Assembly: GCA_024695405.1 (NCBI GenBank)
Contig: JAILIF010000030.1
Location: 1 to 57,411 of the forward strand
Origin: Bacilli bacterium
GTDB taxonomy: Bacteria > Bacillota_I > Bacilli_A > RFN20 > CAG-826
Reading direction: 5' to 3'
Length of the DNA: 57,411 nt
The translations under genes were made by a program, and so were the position numbers. Below, piece by piece: positions 41,594 through 51,521 of the stretch (within the stretch, counting starts at the first letter, position 1; every line of letters begins with the position of its first letter). The notes under the pieces were generated by a model. It did no database searches. It was given only the letters and a program-made list of their open reading frames with translations, and had not been told where the DNA came from.

Positions 41594-41718
41594 ATATTAC
41601 TTTTACCTTCCAAAACTTTTTGAAAGGAGGATATGGATAGTATATTTAGGAGAGACAAAACCGCAAAGACACCAACCACAATGCCATAAGCAGCTAATTT
41701 AGTTGAACTTAGTTCCAT
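41590..41718 (-). CDS. Unannotated 42-aa single-TM peptide MELSSTKLAAYGIVVGVFAVLSLLNILSISSFQKVLEGKSNI
   Basis: Strong SD AAAGGAGG before ATG; hydrophobic core; its TGA overlaps the ATG of the ABC ATPase (ATGA). Confidence 0.6.
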   Translation of the reverse strand: MELSSTKLAAYGIVVGVFAVLSLLNILSISSFQKVLEGKSNI

Positions 41719-41770
41719 ATATCCTCCTTTCTATTTGATATATATTATTACTATGTAATAACATTTTGGA

Positions 41771-41786
41771 GTTAGTTTTGACTAAC
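41771..41786. promoter_or_regulatory. GTTAG-N6-CTAAC operator (MntR/DtxR-like), copy 1
   Basis: AGTTAG-TTTTGA-CTAACT, just downstream of a minus-strand TG-C-TATAAT (41802-41807). Confidence 0.55.
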
Positions 41787-41866
41787 TAACTACAAGACTG
41801 AATTATAGCACGCAAAAATAAAATGTGTTAACAAAACGATTATGAAATTACAAAAAAGATGAACCA

Positions 41867-42295
41867 CTAACGATTCATCTCTTTTAATTTCTTATTCATC
41901 TTCTTAGTAACAGTGCCTGTGCAAATGTAAATTATTAACCAAGTAATTCCAAACGCTCCGAAGAAACATCCTGTAAAGATGAGGATGAGAGTTAAGTTCA
42001 ACGGAATCCAACTATTAATCAAGTATCCAATTATATACACAAGGTAAATTGATATGCCTTGGAAGAATATTTGCTTAAACAATGGCCAATTATCTATTTG
42101 AGGGAAAACACTACTTCCAGCGTGTACAAATGCAATTACATATGTAGTTACAATAGCTTTAAATACATCTAATCCACTCAAAGCAATTTCTGTTCCACAA
42201 GCTTCTAAGATGACATATATAATACCTGTGACCACTGGTCCTAATCCAGAAAAGATAAGACCACGTAATAAGTATGTTTTAACGTATTTATTCAT
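41867..42295 (-). CDS. DUF3021 membrane protein (LytTR regulatory system inhibitor type)
   Basis: RGLIFSGLGPV, AGSSVFPQIDNW, NSWIP, KKMNKKL; directly after the LytTR gene. Confidence 0.8.
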   Translation of the reverse strand: MNKYVKTYLLRGLIFSGLGPVVTGIIYVILEACGTEIALSGLDVFKAIVTTYVIAFVHAGSSVFPQIDNWPLFKQIFFQGISIYLVYIIGYLINSWIPLNLTLILIFTGCFFGAFGITWLIIYICTGTVTKKMNKKLKEMNR

Positions 42296-42296
42296 A

Positions 42297-42731
42297 CTAT
42301 AGCCCAATCCTTTCTTTAACATTCTTCAATTCTCTACGAGAAATATAATCTTTGTAGCCATTTTGGAAGATAACCATAATAGATCCGCCAATTGAAGCTT
42401 TGAATTCTTTAATTTGTTTAATATTTGCTAAGCAAGATTGATTTAGTTTTACAAAATATTCGTTAAAAGACATATCTTCAAGTTGATATAGTCTTTCTTT
42501 GAGTTGATATTTCTTTTCATTTATTAAAGCGAATATCTTTCCACTCTCAACAACGAAGCAACTAACATCCATTGGGTTAATCAAAACACTAATATCTTCA
42601 TAGGTTCCAGTAAGAGATACACCTGTAGAAGATACAAGTTTTTCGATTTGGTCAACTAAAGAGGTTCTCTCCTTAGAATAGATGATTACTCTTTCTTCTT
42701 CGTTTTTGTCAATAAATGTAAAACATTTCAT
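42297..42731 (-). CDS. Stand-alone LytTR transcriptional regulator
   Basis: RLYQLE, FVKLNQSCLANI, YISRR; no receiver domain. Confidence 0.9.
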   Translation of the reverse strand: MKCFTFIDKNEEERVIIYSKERTSLVDQIEKLVSSTGVSLTGTYEDISVLINPMDVSCFVVESGKIFALINEKKYQLKERLYQLEDMSFNEYFVKLNQSCLANIKQIKEFKASIGGSIMVIFQNGYKDYISRRELKNVKERIGL

Positions 42732-42745
42732 ATACTAATTATATA

Positions 42746-43558
42746 CTAATTTATATCACTTTTCATCTTCCTTGTAAATACAAATAATGATAATGCAGCA
42801 CATAAAACCATATATCCTAAATACATTGATAAATATAGAATACCACGATCTGCAAAAGTATAAAGCACTGGATTAATTGTAGTCTCCATATCCACCGGTG
42901 TATGAATTGCACCTGTTACGCATCTTCCTAGATATACCGCTTGATAAAATGGTAAGTATCCACAGAATTTTTCAAATCCTCCCATTGTATCTAATGGCAT
43001 CCATGATCCACCAATGATTCCACTAGCGGAAACAAATATAGAACATATTGCAGGAGAACTTTTATCATTAAGAATAGTTCCAAACATCATTCCTAAAGAA
43101 ACATTAATAATTAACATAGGAAGCATTTCTACAAATAATAGTAACGCACCAGGGAAGCTAACAAATCCTCTACCACTAGCTGAGCCAAAGATATAACCAG
43201 TAATAATTACAATAATAATTTGTGCAATACCAATCAAACAGAAAGGTAATAAATAGCCAAGAATAAATTGATATGGTTTCATAGGTGAAGAGAATAATCT
43301 CTTCAAGAAAGCGCTTTGTCTATCCTTACTAACATGCAATGCTGACATAAGCATTAACAATGAGAAACCAAAGATCATAATGCCTGGAATTAAGCTTTTT
43401 TCATAGAAAACTGGTGTTTTTCCTTCAGGTGCAAAGCCTAAAATTATATTAAATACACCAATCATCATAATTGGAAAGCCAATACAGAAAATATATAAAA
43501 GAGGGTCTCTAACCATTTCAGTTAGATTTCTTTTTGCAAATAACAATACCTTTTTCAT
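42746..43558 (-). CDS. ABC-2 type permease
   Basis: DRQSAFLKRLFSSPM, GGSWMPL; about 6 TMs. Confidence 0.88.
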   Translation of the reverse strand: MKKVLLFAKRNLTEMVRDPLLYIFCIGFPIMMIGVFNIILGFAPEGKTPVFYEKSLIPGIMIFGFSLLMLMSALHVSKDRQSAFLKRLFSSPMKPYQFILGYLLPFCLIGIAQIIIVIITGYIFGSASGRGFVSFPGALLLFVEMLPMLIINVSLGMMFGTILNDKSSPAICSIFVSASGIIGGSWMPLDTMGGFEKFCGYLPFYQAVYLGRCVTGAIHTPVDMETTINPVLYTFADRGILYLSMYLGYMVLCAALSLFVFTRKMKSDIN

Positions 43559-44274
43559 TATTCAACAATGCCTCCTGCAATCTTAACAAATGCTTCTTCG
43601 AACGAATCTTCATTGGCGTGCTTTTTAATTTCTTCAACTGTACCAATATCAAGTAGATGTCCTTTGGACATAATTGCTACTCTATCGCATAAAGCTTCGA
43701 TTTCTTCTAAGTAATGAGAAGTTAATACAATAGTCATCTTTCCTTTAAGAGATTTAATAACTTTCCATAATTCTCTTCTAGCAAGAACATCAAGTCCTAA
43801 TGTAGGTTCGTCTAAGAAAATAATTTTAGGTTTTGAGATAAGTGCTACCGCGATCGATAACCTTCTTTGCCAACCACCACTTAATGTTTTCGCTCTTTTA
43901 TTTAAAACTTCACCTAAAGAGAAAGAATTTACGATTGAATCAAGATATTCTTTATCATCGATGTCATATAAACTTTGAAAGAATTCTAAGTTTTCTTTAA
44001 CAGTTAAGTTCATTGCAACAGATGTTTCTTGAGGAGAGACATCGATGATTTTTTTAATCTCATCTATTTGTTTTAGTGAGTAACCATCCACTGTTGCTTC
44101 TCCGCTAGTTGCTTTTGCTAAGCCAGACAAAATTCTAATCAATGTTGTTTTACCAGCGCCATTAACGCCGAGTAATCCAAATAGTTCTCCTTCATGAATT
44201 GATAAAGAAACTTCATCTAGAGCTTTTACGGTTTTATAGTGTTTTGTAATTTTGTTTATGTTAATAATTTCCAT
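43558..44274 (-). CDS. ABC transporter ATP-binding protein (ABC-2 type)
   Basis: GVNGAGKTT, LSGGWQRR, FLDEPTLGLD. Confidence 0.95.
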   Translation of the reverse strand: MEIININKITKHYKTVKALDEVSLSIHEGELFGLLGVNGAGKTTLIRILSGLAKATSGEATVDGYSLKQIDEIKKIIDVSPQETSVAMNLTVKENLEFFQSLYDIDDKEYLDSIVNSFSLGEVLNKRAKTLSGGWQRRLSIAVALISKPKIIFLDEPTLGLDVLARRELWKVIKSLKGKMTIVLTSHYLEEIEALCDRVAIMSKGHLLDIGTVEEIKKHANEDSFEEAFVKIAGGIVE

Positions 44275-44294
44275 AAAATAACCTCCACGCTTAG

Positions 44295-44362
44295 AGCATA
44301 ATAAAAATATTATTTTTTGTCATAAAATCACACTATTCGGTTATTTTTGACTACTAAGTGGT
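44295..44362 (-). promoter_or_regulatory. LytTR-type direct-repeat operator and -10 element
   Basis: ACCACTTAG-N12-ACCGAATAG (44362-44333), 32 nt upstream of TATGCT; 9-12-9 spacing typical of ComE/BrsR-type LytTR sites. Confidence 0.75.
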
Positions 44363-44405
44363 AACAAAAAAGCGCCCGAAGGTGCCTTATTGAATAATGT
44401 TTAAA

Positions 44406-45761
44406 CTATTTAAGATTTATAACATGGCTTCTATCTGCATTACCCGAAACAAATTTATCTTGCTTACTTAATGTGCCGTTAGAGAGGTCATAAAGACCAA
44501 TACTCATAAATGCATAGTTATTATCTGGAGGACAATTTATTTCGCTATCCTCGTTCCAATAAAATATTGCCATCTTTTTATTGTTTAACATTCTCATTCC
44601 ATCGTTATATTGAATAGGAAGAGTATATTTCGTAACTCTCATATTATCTTTAACATCAATTATAGTTATAGTCTTATTTAAAACAGAAACTATAGAATCG
44701 TTATCACAGTAAAGATAATAATCGTAATCATTGCCATCTGTCATACCGAAATCTGCTGCAGAAAATGTTATAGGCTCTTCCGCAGTTGTTTCTGAATATA
44801 ATTGATATAAAACCAAATCATTGTTTTCGTTTTTTCTATATGTATAGATTTGTTTTAAACCATCTAAATAAAGCAACTTTTCAGGAGCGGTTCTATATAA
44901 AGATGATAAACTATCGATAGTTTTTACTACAGTAGAAGTAAACCTTTTCTCATCTTTATTATATGTAAGTTTACTTACGTTACCATTTTCATATGAGTAA
45001 ATATTGCCATCGTATGCAGTCCAAAACATGCCACTAGTCAACGATTGTTTTATTAATTCTCCATCAGCGGTTCTAACAAAGCATTGACCTCTTCCAGTAT
45101 TAAAAGCAACATTTCCGTCTTTATCAACCGCAAATAAATTTGGATTCATATCTTTAATATTTGCGATATTCTCGGCTTTAACTTCTTTTTCAGCAATAGA
45201 AAATTTAACTATGCCATATTCGTTTGTTTCGTATGAATATGCGATTCCGTAGATATTTCCTGCACTATCTTTCGGGAAATAATTTAAAGGAGTTAATGAA
45301 CGAATCCAATCGAAATTATAGAACACAAGTTCATCAGGGAACTTTAAAGCATCACCAGTTTTTTTATTTATAAAATACTTATTAAACCTATAACCATTTT
45401 TCTGAAATGAACCAAAATCTGCATAGAAATAATCCTCGGAGATATCTACCAAATCAGTAAAGAAATTATTTTCTGTGTAAAATTTATCATCATCGGATTT
45501 GCTTGTTCTACAATGGACTCTAGTAGTAACACCTTCACTATTGGTTTTGCGTAAAAGAAATCTAGCTGCAGGAATACCTTCTGCGTTAATGTGCATACCT
45601 TTTTCATCGTTATGTAAACCAGTACAGTCATTGCCGCAGAAAACTAAAACAGCATCACTTAAATCCAATCCTAAAAGAGTAGGCGCCCTTTCTTCCTCAT
45701 TACAAGCGGTCAATAATCCCGCTATCATAAATAAATTAATTACTTTTGGCATCTTTTTCAT
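44406..45761 (-). CDS. Hypothetical lipoprotein, possibly beta-propeller-like
   Basis: Lipobox LTAC; DSAGNIY, AVDKDGNV and YDGNIY turns. Confidence 0.6.
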   Translation of the reverse strand: MKKMPKVINLFMIAGLLTACNEEERAPTLLGLDLSDAVLVFCGNDCTGLHNDEKGMHINAEGIPAARFLLRKTNSEGVTTRVHCRTSKSDDDKFYTENNFFTDLVDISEDYFYADFGSFQKNGYRFNKYFINKKTGDALKFPDELVFYNFDWIRSLTPLNYFPKDSAGNIYGIAYSYETNEYGIVKFSIAEKEVKAENIANIKDMNPNLFAVDKDGNVAFNTGRGQCFVRTADGELIKQSLTSGMFWTAYDGNIYSYENGNVSKLTYNKDEKRFTSTVVKTIDSLSSLYRTAPEKLLYLDGLKQIYTYRKNENNDLVLYQLYSETTAEEPITFSAADFGMTDGNDYDYYLYCDNDSIVSVLNKTITIIDVKDNMRVTKYTLPIQYNDGMRMLNNKKMAIFYWNEDSEINCPPDNNYAFMSIGLYDLSNGTLSKQDKFVSGNADRSHVINLK

Positions 45762-45878
45762 ACCATACCCCCATTAATTCACTTTTATAATACTATAAAC
45801 AGATTATGAAATAAATATTTTCTGCTTCCTAAAATATAGACAAAATAAAAAGCCATTTCTGCTCATTCAAATAGGGTT

Positions 45879-46991
45879 TTAGAATGATTTATTATTGAAT
45901 ACGCTTACATCAATAAGCATCTCATCTTCTGTAAATCCAGCGTGTGTACCTTTTAGGTACTCTAGACGTTTAAATTGCTTACTAGCAACTAATGTGTATT
46001 CATCTTTAGAGATAGCAATATAATCTCCAAGCATATCATCGAACAACGGATGTGGATTTCCTTCTCCGAATATCTTTTGATCATACATTTCTTGCTTTGA
46101 TAATAATTCAAAGTGATTTCCATAAAGTTCTAAGAACATCTTCTTGAATTCGCCTAAGTATTCAGGTTTAACAAAGAATTGAGTGCTTCTTTTTTCACCA
46201 CAAACAGGTCTTCTTAACATACTTGTAAGTTTTGGATAGTCACAAATATCGAAATACTTAACATTTACTTGTCCATGGTCTGCGTAGCTAATAAATAATG
46301 TGTCTGGATTTTCTTCCACCATTCTTTCAACAAATTTATTAATGTCGTTGCATATTTTATTAACTTCTGGTGCATCTACACCTAATTCATGCATTTCTTT
46401 GTCTGGTGAGTCGAAATAATAATAAATGAAGCATTTTTCATTATCTTTAAGAATCTTAGATAACTTTTCATAACTATCATCAAGTTCTTTAGGTCCATCT
46501 TGTTGAATTGGATATCTTTGCATTAAGAATGCATTATTTAATGGATCTTTCTTGTTAATTAAGTCACAGATAGATTCATATTTTAAAATGTCTCTTACTG
46601 GAGTTGTTGTTAACTTTTCATCAGTGTTGTAATCAACATTTAAGAATAAGATAACATTTCTATCTAACTGTTTAAAATACGCTGACCATGCAGTCCAACC
46701 TGTTTCTATAGGGTTTTTTCCGGTAAGAACAGCTGTTGTTGCAGCTGCAGTTGTTGGAGGGAATGTTGATTGCATTGTGAAAGCATAATGCTTTCTAATA
46801 AAAGAATCTTCACTTAAATGTCTTTTAATAATTGCTTTTCCCATTCCGTCAAAAAGCATAAACACTATTTTCTTATGTCCTTTTAAGACTTCGTCTAATT
46901 CTGGAATAGTTTCATGGAATGTATCTACCCCATAGTGTTTAAGGAATGAGTTTGAAAAATTTACTAAATTGTATTTGCTTAACTTTATCAT
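45879..46991 (-). CDS. Alkaline phosphatase superfamily (type I phosphodiesterase / nucleotide pyrophosphatase)
   Basis: LFDGMG, STFPPTTAAA, DKEMH, ADHG, GTHAG. Confidence 0.88.
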   Translation of the reverse strand: MIKLSKYNLVNFSNSFLKHYGVDTFHETIPELDEVLKGHKKIVFMLFDGMGKAIIKRHLSEDSFIRKHYAFTMQSTFPPTTAAATTAVLTGKNPIETGWTAWSAYFKQLDRNVILFLNVDYNTDEKLTTTPVRDILKYESICDLINKKDPLNNAFLMQRYPIQQDGPKELDDSYEKLSKILKDNEKCFIYYYFDSPDKEMHELGVDAPEVNKICNDINKFVERMVEENPDTLFISYADHGQVNVKYFDICDYPKLTSMLRRPVCGEKRSTQFFVKPEYLGEFKKMFLELYGNHFELLSKQEMYDQKIFGEGNPHPLFDDMLGDYIAISKDEYTLVASKQFKRLEYLKGTHAGFTEDEMLIDVSVFNNKSF

Positions 46992-47037
46992 AGGAAAATT
47001 ATAATATCGTAAGTAGAATATTTTGGCAACACTTTAT

Positions 47038-47904
47038 TTAAATAAATAAAGACATCTGTTCAAACCTATTAGGATATTCTCTTAAATATTTAAATATTTC
47101 AGTAACATCACACATAATATTGTTTTTCTTACATCTATCAATAATTATTTTAGACAACTCACTATTTCTATCAGAAGATACTTCGTACTTATTACCGTAT
47201 TGTTTTATGTATTTTTCTTTTAAACCAGGGAATTCTTTATCTAAACATTCATAGAAATATTCTCTATTTCCTTCTCTAAGAGTTAATCCCACTCCAAAGA
47301 AAAGAATTCCTTTAACATCGTTTTCAATACAAATATCCATTAGTTTATTTATATTTTCTTCGTTATCATTGATAAAAGGTAGAAACGGACATAACCACAC
47401 CACAGTGGGAATACCTAGTTCTTTACATTTTCTAAGGATTTCAACGCGTTTTGATGTCGAACATACATTTGGTTCAATTCTCTTGCAAAGTTCATCATCT
47501 GCGGTTGTTAATGTAATTTCTACTACTGCTTTACTGTCTTTATTTATCTTATTTATTAAATCTATATCTCTAAGAATCAAATCACTTTTAGTTTGAATAG
47601 CAACACCGCAGTGATGTTTTAAAATAACTTTTAAACATTTTCTAGTATATTCAATATCTTTTTCTACATGATTGTATGGATCGGTCATAGAACCAGTTCC
47701 AATCATACAAGGTTTTCTTCTCATAGAAAGTTCTAAATCTAGCTGTTTAGGAGCATCTTGCTTAACTTCAATATCCGCAAAATCATGATTGATTTGGTAA
47801 CATTTACTTCTAGAATCACAATAAATACATCCGTGAGTGCACCCACGATATATATTCATTCCGTTTTGTGGAGAAAGAATTGATTTATATTTTCTAAAAA
47901 ACAT
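47038..47904 (-). CDS. SPL-like radical SAM protein
   Basis: NIYRGCTHGCIYCDSRS (CxxxCxxC), GSMTDPY, TKSDLILRD. Confidence 0.9.
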   Translation of the reverse strand: MFFRKYKSILSPQNGMNIYRGCTHGCIYCDSRSKCYQINHDFADIEVKQDAPKQLDLELSMRRKPCMIGTGSMTDPYNHVEKDIEYTRKCLKVILKHHCGVAIQTKSDLILRDIDLINKINKDSKAVVEITLTTADDELCKRIEPNVCSTSKRVEILRKCKELGIPTVVWLCPFLPFINDNEENINKLMDICIENDVKGILFFGVGLTLREGNREYFYECLDKEFPGLKEKYIKQYGNKYEVSSDRNSELSKIIIDRCKKNNIMCDVTEIFKYLREYPNRFEQMSLFI

Positions 47905-47962
47905 ATTGTAATTATATCAAAATAATGAGCACTATTAAAAAAGGAGCACTAAAGTTCCTTTA

Positions 47963-48607
47963 TTATTTATAACTTACTTTAATTGTGCATGTTGTGGTTT
48001 CTTTGGACTTTGTAGTTTTATATTCGTATTTTATTTCTGTTTTTCTTTCTGCAAAAGTAAGATATCCACATTTATCCCATTCGTAATGATAGTTTTCTAT
48101 ACATGTAGTTTTACCCTCGTTCACAACTGTAGAGTATTTTTCTTTTAAACTAGTGTAATCAATATGATCATAATCATCATCTTTATAATAACTGTCATAC
48201 AAAAATGGCTTTATATAGTATTTTTCTTCTGCAAACGATTTATAAGTTTCAAAGCCATTTCTTGTTTCTGAACTTGTACTAAGATTCATATCGGAAAGAA
48301 TAGATTTAAAAATTCTTTCAACCCTAAGAGATGTATTTTCATCTGCTTCCCAAGTATCAACCCAAGTATCAAATGTGTTATCTTTTTTAAAATTTCCACT
48401 TAAAGTTGATTTACTTTCACTTATATCGGAATTTTCTTCTCTTTTTTCTACTTCTTCAATTGCTACTTTAGCATTTTTATAAGAAGGGCTTTTTAATTTA
48501 GCAACAGCTTCAAAAAACTCATCCCTTGTAACTTTAGTGCCGCTGCTACAAGCAGTAAAAGAAAAAATAGCTATTAATCCTAAACTAATTTTTTGTAAAT
48601 TTTTCAT
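47963..48607 (-). CDS. Hypothetical lipoprotein
   Basis: Start MKNLQK (48607) after SD GGGGTG; lipobox FTAC. Confidence 0.65.
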   Translation of the reverse strand: MKNLQKISLGLIAIFSFTACSSGTKVTRDEFFEAVAKLKSPSYKNAKVAIEEVEKREENSDISESKSTLSGNFKKDNTFDTWVDTWEADENTSLRVERIFKSILSDMNLSTSSETRNGFETYKSFAEEKYYIKPFLYDSYYKDDDYDHIDYTSLKEKYSTVVNEGKTTCIENYHYEWDKCGYLTFAERKTEIKYEYKTTKSKETTTCTIKVSYK

Positions 48608-48748
48608 ATTAGCCACCCCCTTTTTTAGAAAAATAAATCTTTTATTAAATATAACTTTTAAAGTATAGCAAAACTGTCCAACTTTTAATAACAAAAAACA
48701 GTGCCAAAATCAATTGAACACTGTTTTGCCTTTGAGGAGACGTGAATT

Positions 48749-48940
48749 TTATTGTTTAGGATATTGTTTGTAATATTCTTTCAATAACTGTTTTTTGTCT
48801 TTGTGGCAATATGCACAATCTCCTGTAGGAAGATGATGCATTTTTTTATAAATATAAACCCCAATAACAAATGCTAAGAAAGCAATAGTTAAAACAATAA
48901 CTAATATTTCTATCCAAAGTGTATCAGGGTTTTCAAACAT
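48749..48940 (-). CDS. FeoB-associated Cys-containing small membrane protein
   Basis: One TM plus CAYC; 1 nt after feoB. Confidence 0.7.
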   Translation of the reverse strand: MFENPDTLWIEILVIVLTIAFLAFVIGVYIYKKMHHLPTGDCAYCHKDKKQLLKEYYKQYPKQ

Positions 48941-48941
48941 A

Positions 48942-51266
48942 TTAAGCCACCTTTAATTTTCTTTTGTTCCAATATTTGATAAAGAAGATTGAACCAACTC
49001 CTAAACCAATTAACACTACTGTAACTGGAATTGCCCAAGCTAATGATTCAGAACTGAACATTGATAAGAAGCAATATACAAATGCTGAACCTACAAATGA
49101 AGCAACAATCCAGAAGAGTAATGTCCATTTGAATGTACCTTCTTTAAGTTCTGCCTTAGCAGTAGCACAAGCAGCGAAGCAAGGAATAGTTAACATATTG
49201 AATGCGATGAATGAGATACAGCCTTGCCAAGTAATGCCTGTTGCTTGAATCATTGTAACAACTGCTGTTACACCTTCTTCATCGGCTTCAATTGCATCTT
49301 CCATAGCTTTAATAATTTCTGGATCAACAGCATCACTGGTAAGATAAGCAACTGCAGCAGCACCTAAAGCGATAAATGTAGCGATAACATCTTCTTTTGC
49401 AATTAAACCTGTAATTGCAGCGACTGCGAATACCCAGCCAATTGAGGTAAGTTGAGAGCCGAAGCCAAGAGGAGTAAATATAGGTTGAATAAGCATACCA
49501 ATTGAACCAAGAATTGAATCTTGCATACTATTAACCATATGCCAGTTCCAGCCAAAGCTTCTTAAGAACCAAATAATGATTTGAGAAGCTAAGATAATTG
49601 TGAACGCTTTCTTAACAAAGTGTTTTGCTTTATCCCATAAGTGAATCATTAATGATTTAAATTGAGGCCAGTGATATTGTGGTAACTCCATAATAAATGG
49701 AGCAGCATCACCTTTAAGTGTTGTATGTCTTAAAATTAAGACAGAAGCAATTGCGACAGCAATGCCAACAACATACATTGAATAAGTAATTAAATCGACA
49801 TGAGAGAAATTCCATTGTTCCGCAATTCCACCAGCAATAGCGACGAGAATAGGAAGTTTAGCTCCACAAGAGAAGAAAGGAATAACTCTAATTGTAGAAA
49901 TTTTCTCATTTTCGTCCGCTAAAGTTCTGGTATTAACCATAGCTGGTACTGAACAACCAAATCCCATAATCATTGGGATAAATGCTCTACCTGATAAACC
50001 AAATTTTCTAAAGATTCTATCTAAAATAAATGCTACACGGGCCATATATCCTGTATCTTCCATAATTGAGAAGAATAAGAATAATAACAAGATTTGTGGT
50101 AAGAATCCTAAGATTGCGAATAAACCTGAAAGAACACCATCACACAAGAAACCTGTTAACCAATGTCCTTCACCTAAGCCAGCATTCAATCCACCTTGGA
50201 CTGCTTCAATAATTCCTCCGAAGGACATATCAAAGAAATTAAATAAGATAACACCAGGGGAATTAATTCCGCCATCTGTATAGAATAATCCTTCATAGAT
50301 GGAGCCTTCAAAGCAAGGGGTAACATCTTCAAACAATCCACCTAAGAAGAATAAATTCTCAGAGAATGTAAAATGGAATACTAGGAATAAAATTGCTGCA
50401 AAGATAATTAATCCAAACACTTTATGTGTTAAAACCTTATCAATACGGTCTGATTTATTTTCATTTTCTTTTTCGTTTTCTTTTGGAGTATGTTTTGTAA
50501 TAGCTTTTGCAAAGTTATTAGAAATATATTGATATCTTTCGTCTGCTATAATAGCTTCAATATCATCTCCAAATGTTTCATCATTAAATGTTTTCTTGAA
50601 TTCTTCTACCATTGGTAAAAGATCTTCGTGCATTTTTGTTTCGATTTCATCGTTTTCTACTAATTTAATAGCGTGGAACAATGGATTTTCGACATTTTTA
50701 CCTTTAAAAGCAATCTTAACATCACCAATAAGATGATTTAAATCTTTATGGTAGATGATTGATATACCATCTCTTTTTGATTGACTTGCTTTGAAAGCAA
50801 CTTTCATTAAATCTTCTAAGTTAGATTCTTCTAAAGCACTGATTTTAACTACTGGTACTCCAAGTTTATCACTTAAAAGTTTTTCGTCTAATTTATCACC
50901 TGCTTTTTCAAGAACATCCATCATGTTAATAGCGATAACTACAGGAACATCAATTTCAAGTAATTGGCTAGTTAAATAAAGGTTTCTTTCTAAGTTAGTT
51001 GCATCAACGATGTTGATAACGCAATCAGGCTTTTCGTCTAAGATGTAATTTCTAGAAATTACTTCTTCACTTGTATATGGTGATAATGAATAAATACCAG
51101 GTAAGTCAATAATTGAGATAGGTTCATTTAATTTCTTATAAACACCATCTTTCTTTTCAACAGTAACACCAGGCCAGTTACCAACATGTGCAGTAGAACC
51201 AGTTAAGTTATTAAATAGAGTGGTTTTACCACAGTTAGGGTTACCAGCTAATGCAAAACGTTTCAT
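48942..51266 (-). CDS. feoB: Ferrous iron transporter FeoB
   Basis: GNPNCGKTT, VGNWPGVTVE, DLPGIYSL, GFGCSVPA, FIMELP. Confidence 0.97.
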   Translation of the reverse strand: MKRFALAGNPNCGKTTLFNNLTGSTAHVGNWPGVTVEKKDGVYKKLNEPISIIDLPGIYSLSPYTSEEVISRNYILDEKPDCVINIVDATNLERNLYLTSQLLEIDVPVVIAINMMDVLEKAGDKLDEKLLSDKLGVPVVKISALEESNLEDLMKVAFKASQSKRDGISIIYHKDLNHLIGDVKIAFKGKNVENPLFHAIKLVENDEIETKMHEDLLPMVEEFKKTFNDETFGDDIEAIIADERYQYISNNFAKAITKHTPKENEKENENKSDRIDKVLTHKVFGLIIFAAILFLVFHFTFSENLFFLGGLFEDVTPCFEGSIYEGLFYTDGGINSPGVILFNFFDMSFGGIIEAVQGGLNAGLGEGHWLTGFLCDGVLSGLFAILGFLPQILLLFLFFSIMEDTGYMARVAFILDRIFRKFGLSGRAFIPMIMGFGCSVPAMVNTRTLADENEKISTIRVIPFFSCGAKLPILVAIAGGIAEQWNFSHVDLITYSMYVVGIAVAIASVLILRHTTLKGDAAPFIMELPQYHWPQFKSLMIHLWDKAKHFVKKAFTIILASQIIIWFLRSFGWNWHMVNSMQDSILGSIGMLIQPIFTPLGFGSQLTSIGWVFAVAAITGLIAKEDVIATFIALGAAAVAYLTSDAVDPEIIKAMEDAIEADEEGVTAVVTMIQATGITWQGCISFIAFNMLTIPCFAACATAKAELKEGTFKWTLLFWIVASFVGSAFVYCFLSMFSSESLAWAIPVTVVLIGLGVGSIFFIKYWNKRKLKVA

Positions 51267-51267
51267 A

Positions 51268-51507
51268 TTAGTTAACCCCCTTACTATCTAAATAGACTAA
51301 ACTAGCTTCTGACTTACGAAGTGTTAATTCATAGCCTCTAATTGTGACTTCAAGTGGATCTCCTAATGGAGCTTTTTTACGTAAATAGACTGTTGCACCT
51401 GGAGTCACACCCATATCAAACAATCTTCTACGAAGGCGACCTTCACCTTCTACTTTCTTAATTAGGCCAGTCTCGCCTATTTGAAATTCATCTAGTCTTT
51501 TTAGCAT
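51268..51507 (-). CDS. feoA: FeoA
   Basis: RRLFDMGVTPG, APLGDPLE, LRKSEA. Confidence 0.95.
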   Translation of the reverse strand: MLKRLDEFQIGETGLIKKVEGEGRLRRRLFDMGVTPGATVYLRKKAPLGDPLEVTIRGYELTLRKSEASLVYLDSKGVN

Positions 51508-51521
51508 AAATTCCTTCCTTT

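Noticed and set aside
41633-41689. 18-aa plus-strand ORF after AAAGGAGG
   Set aside because: SD-to-ATG spacing is too short; it is the mirror image of the anti-SD arm.
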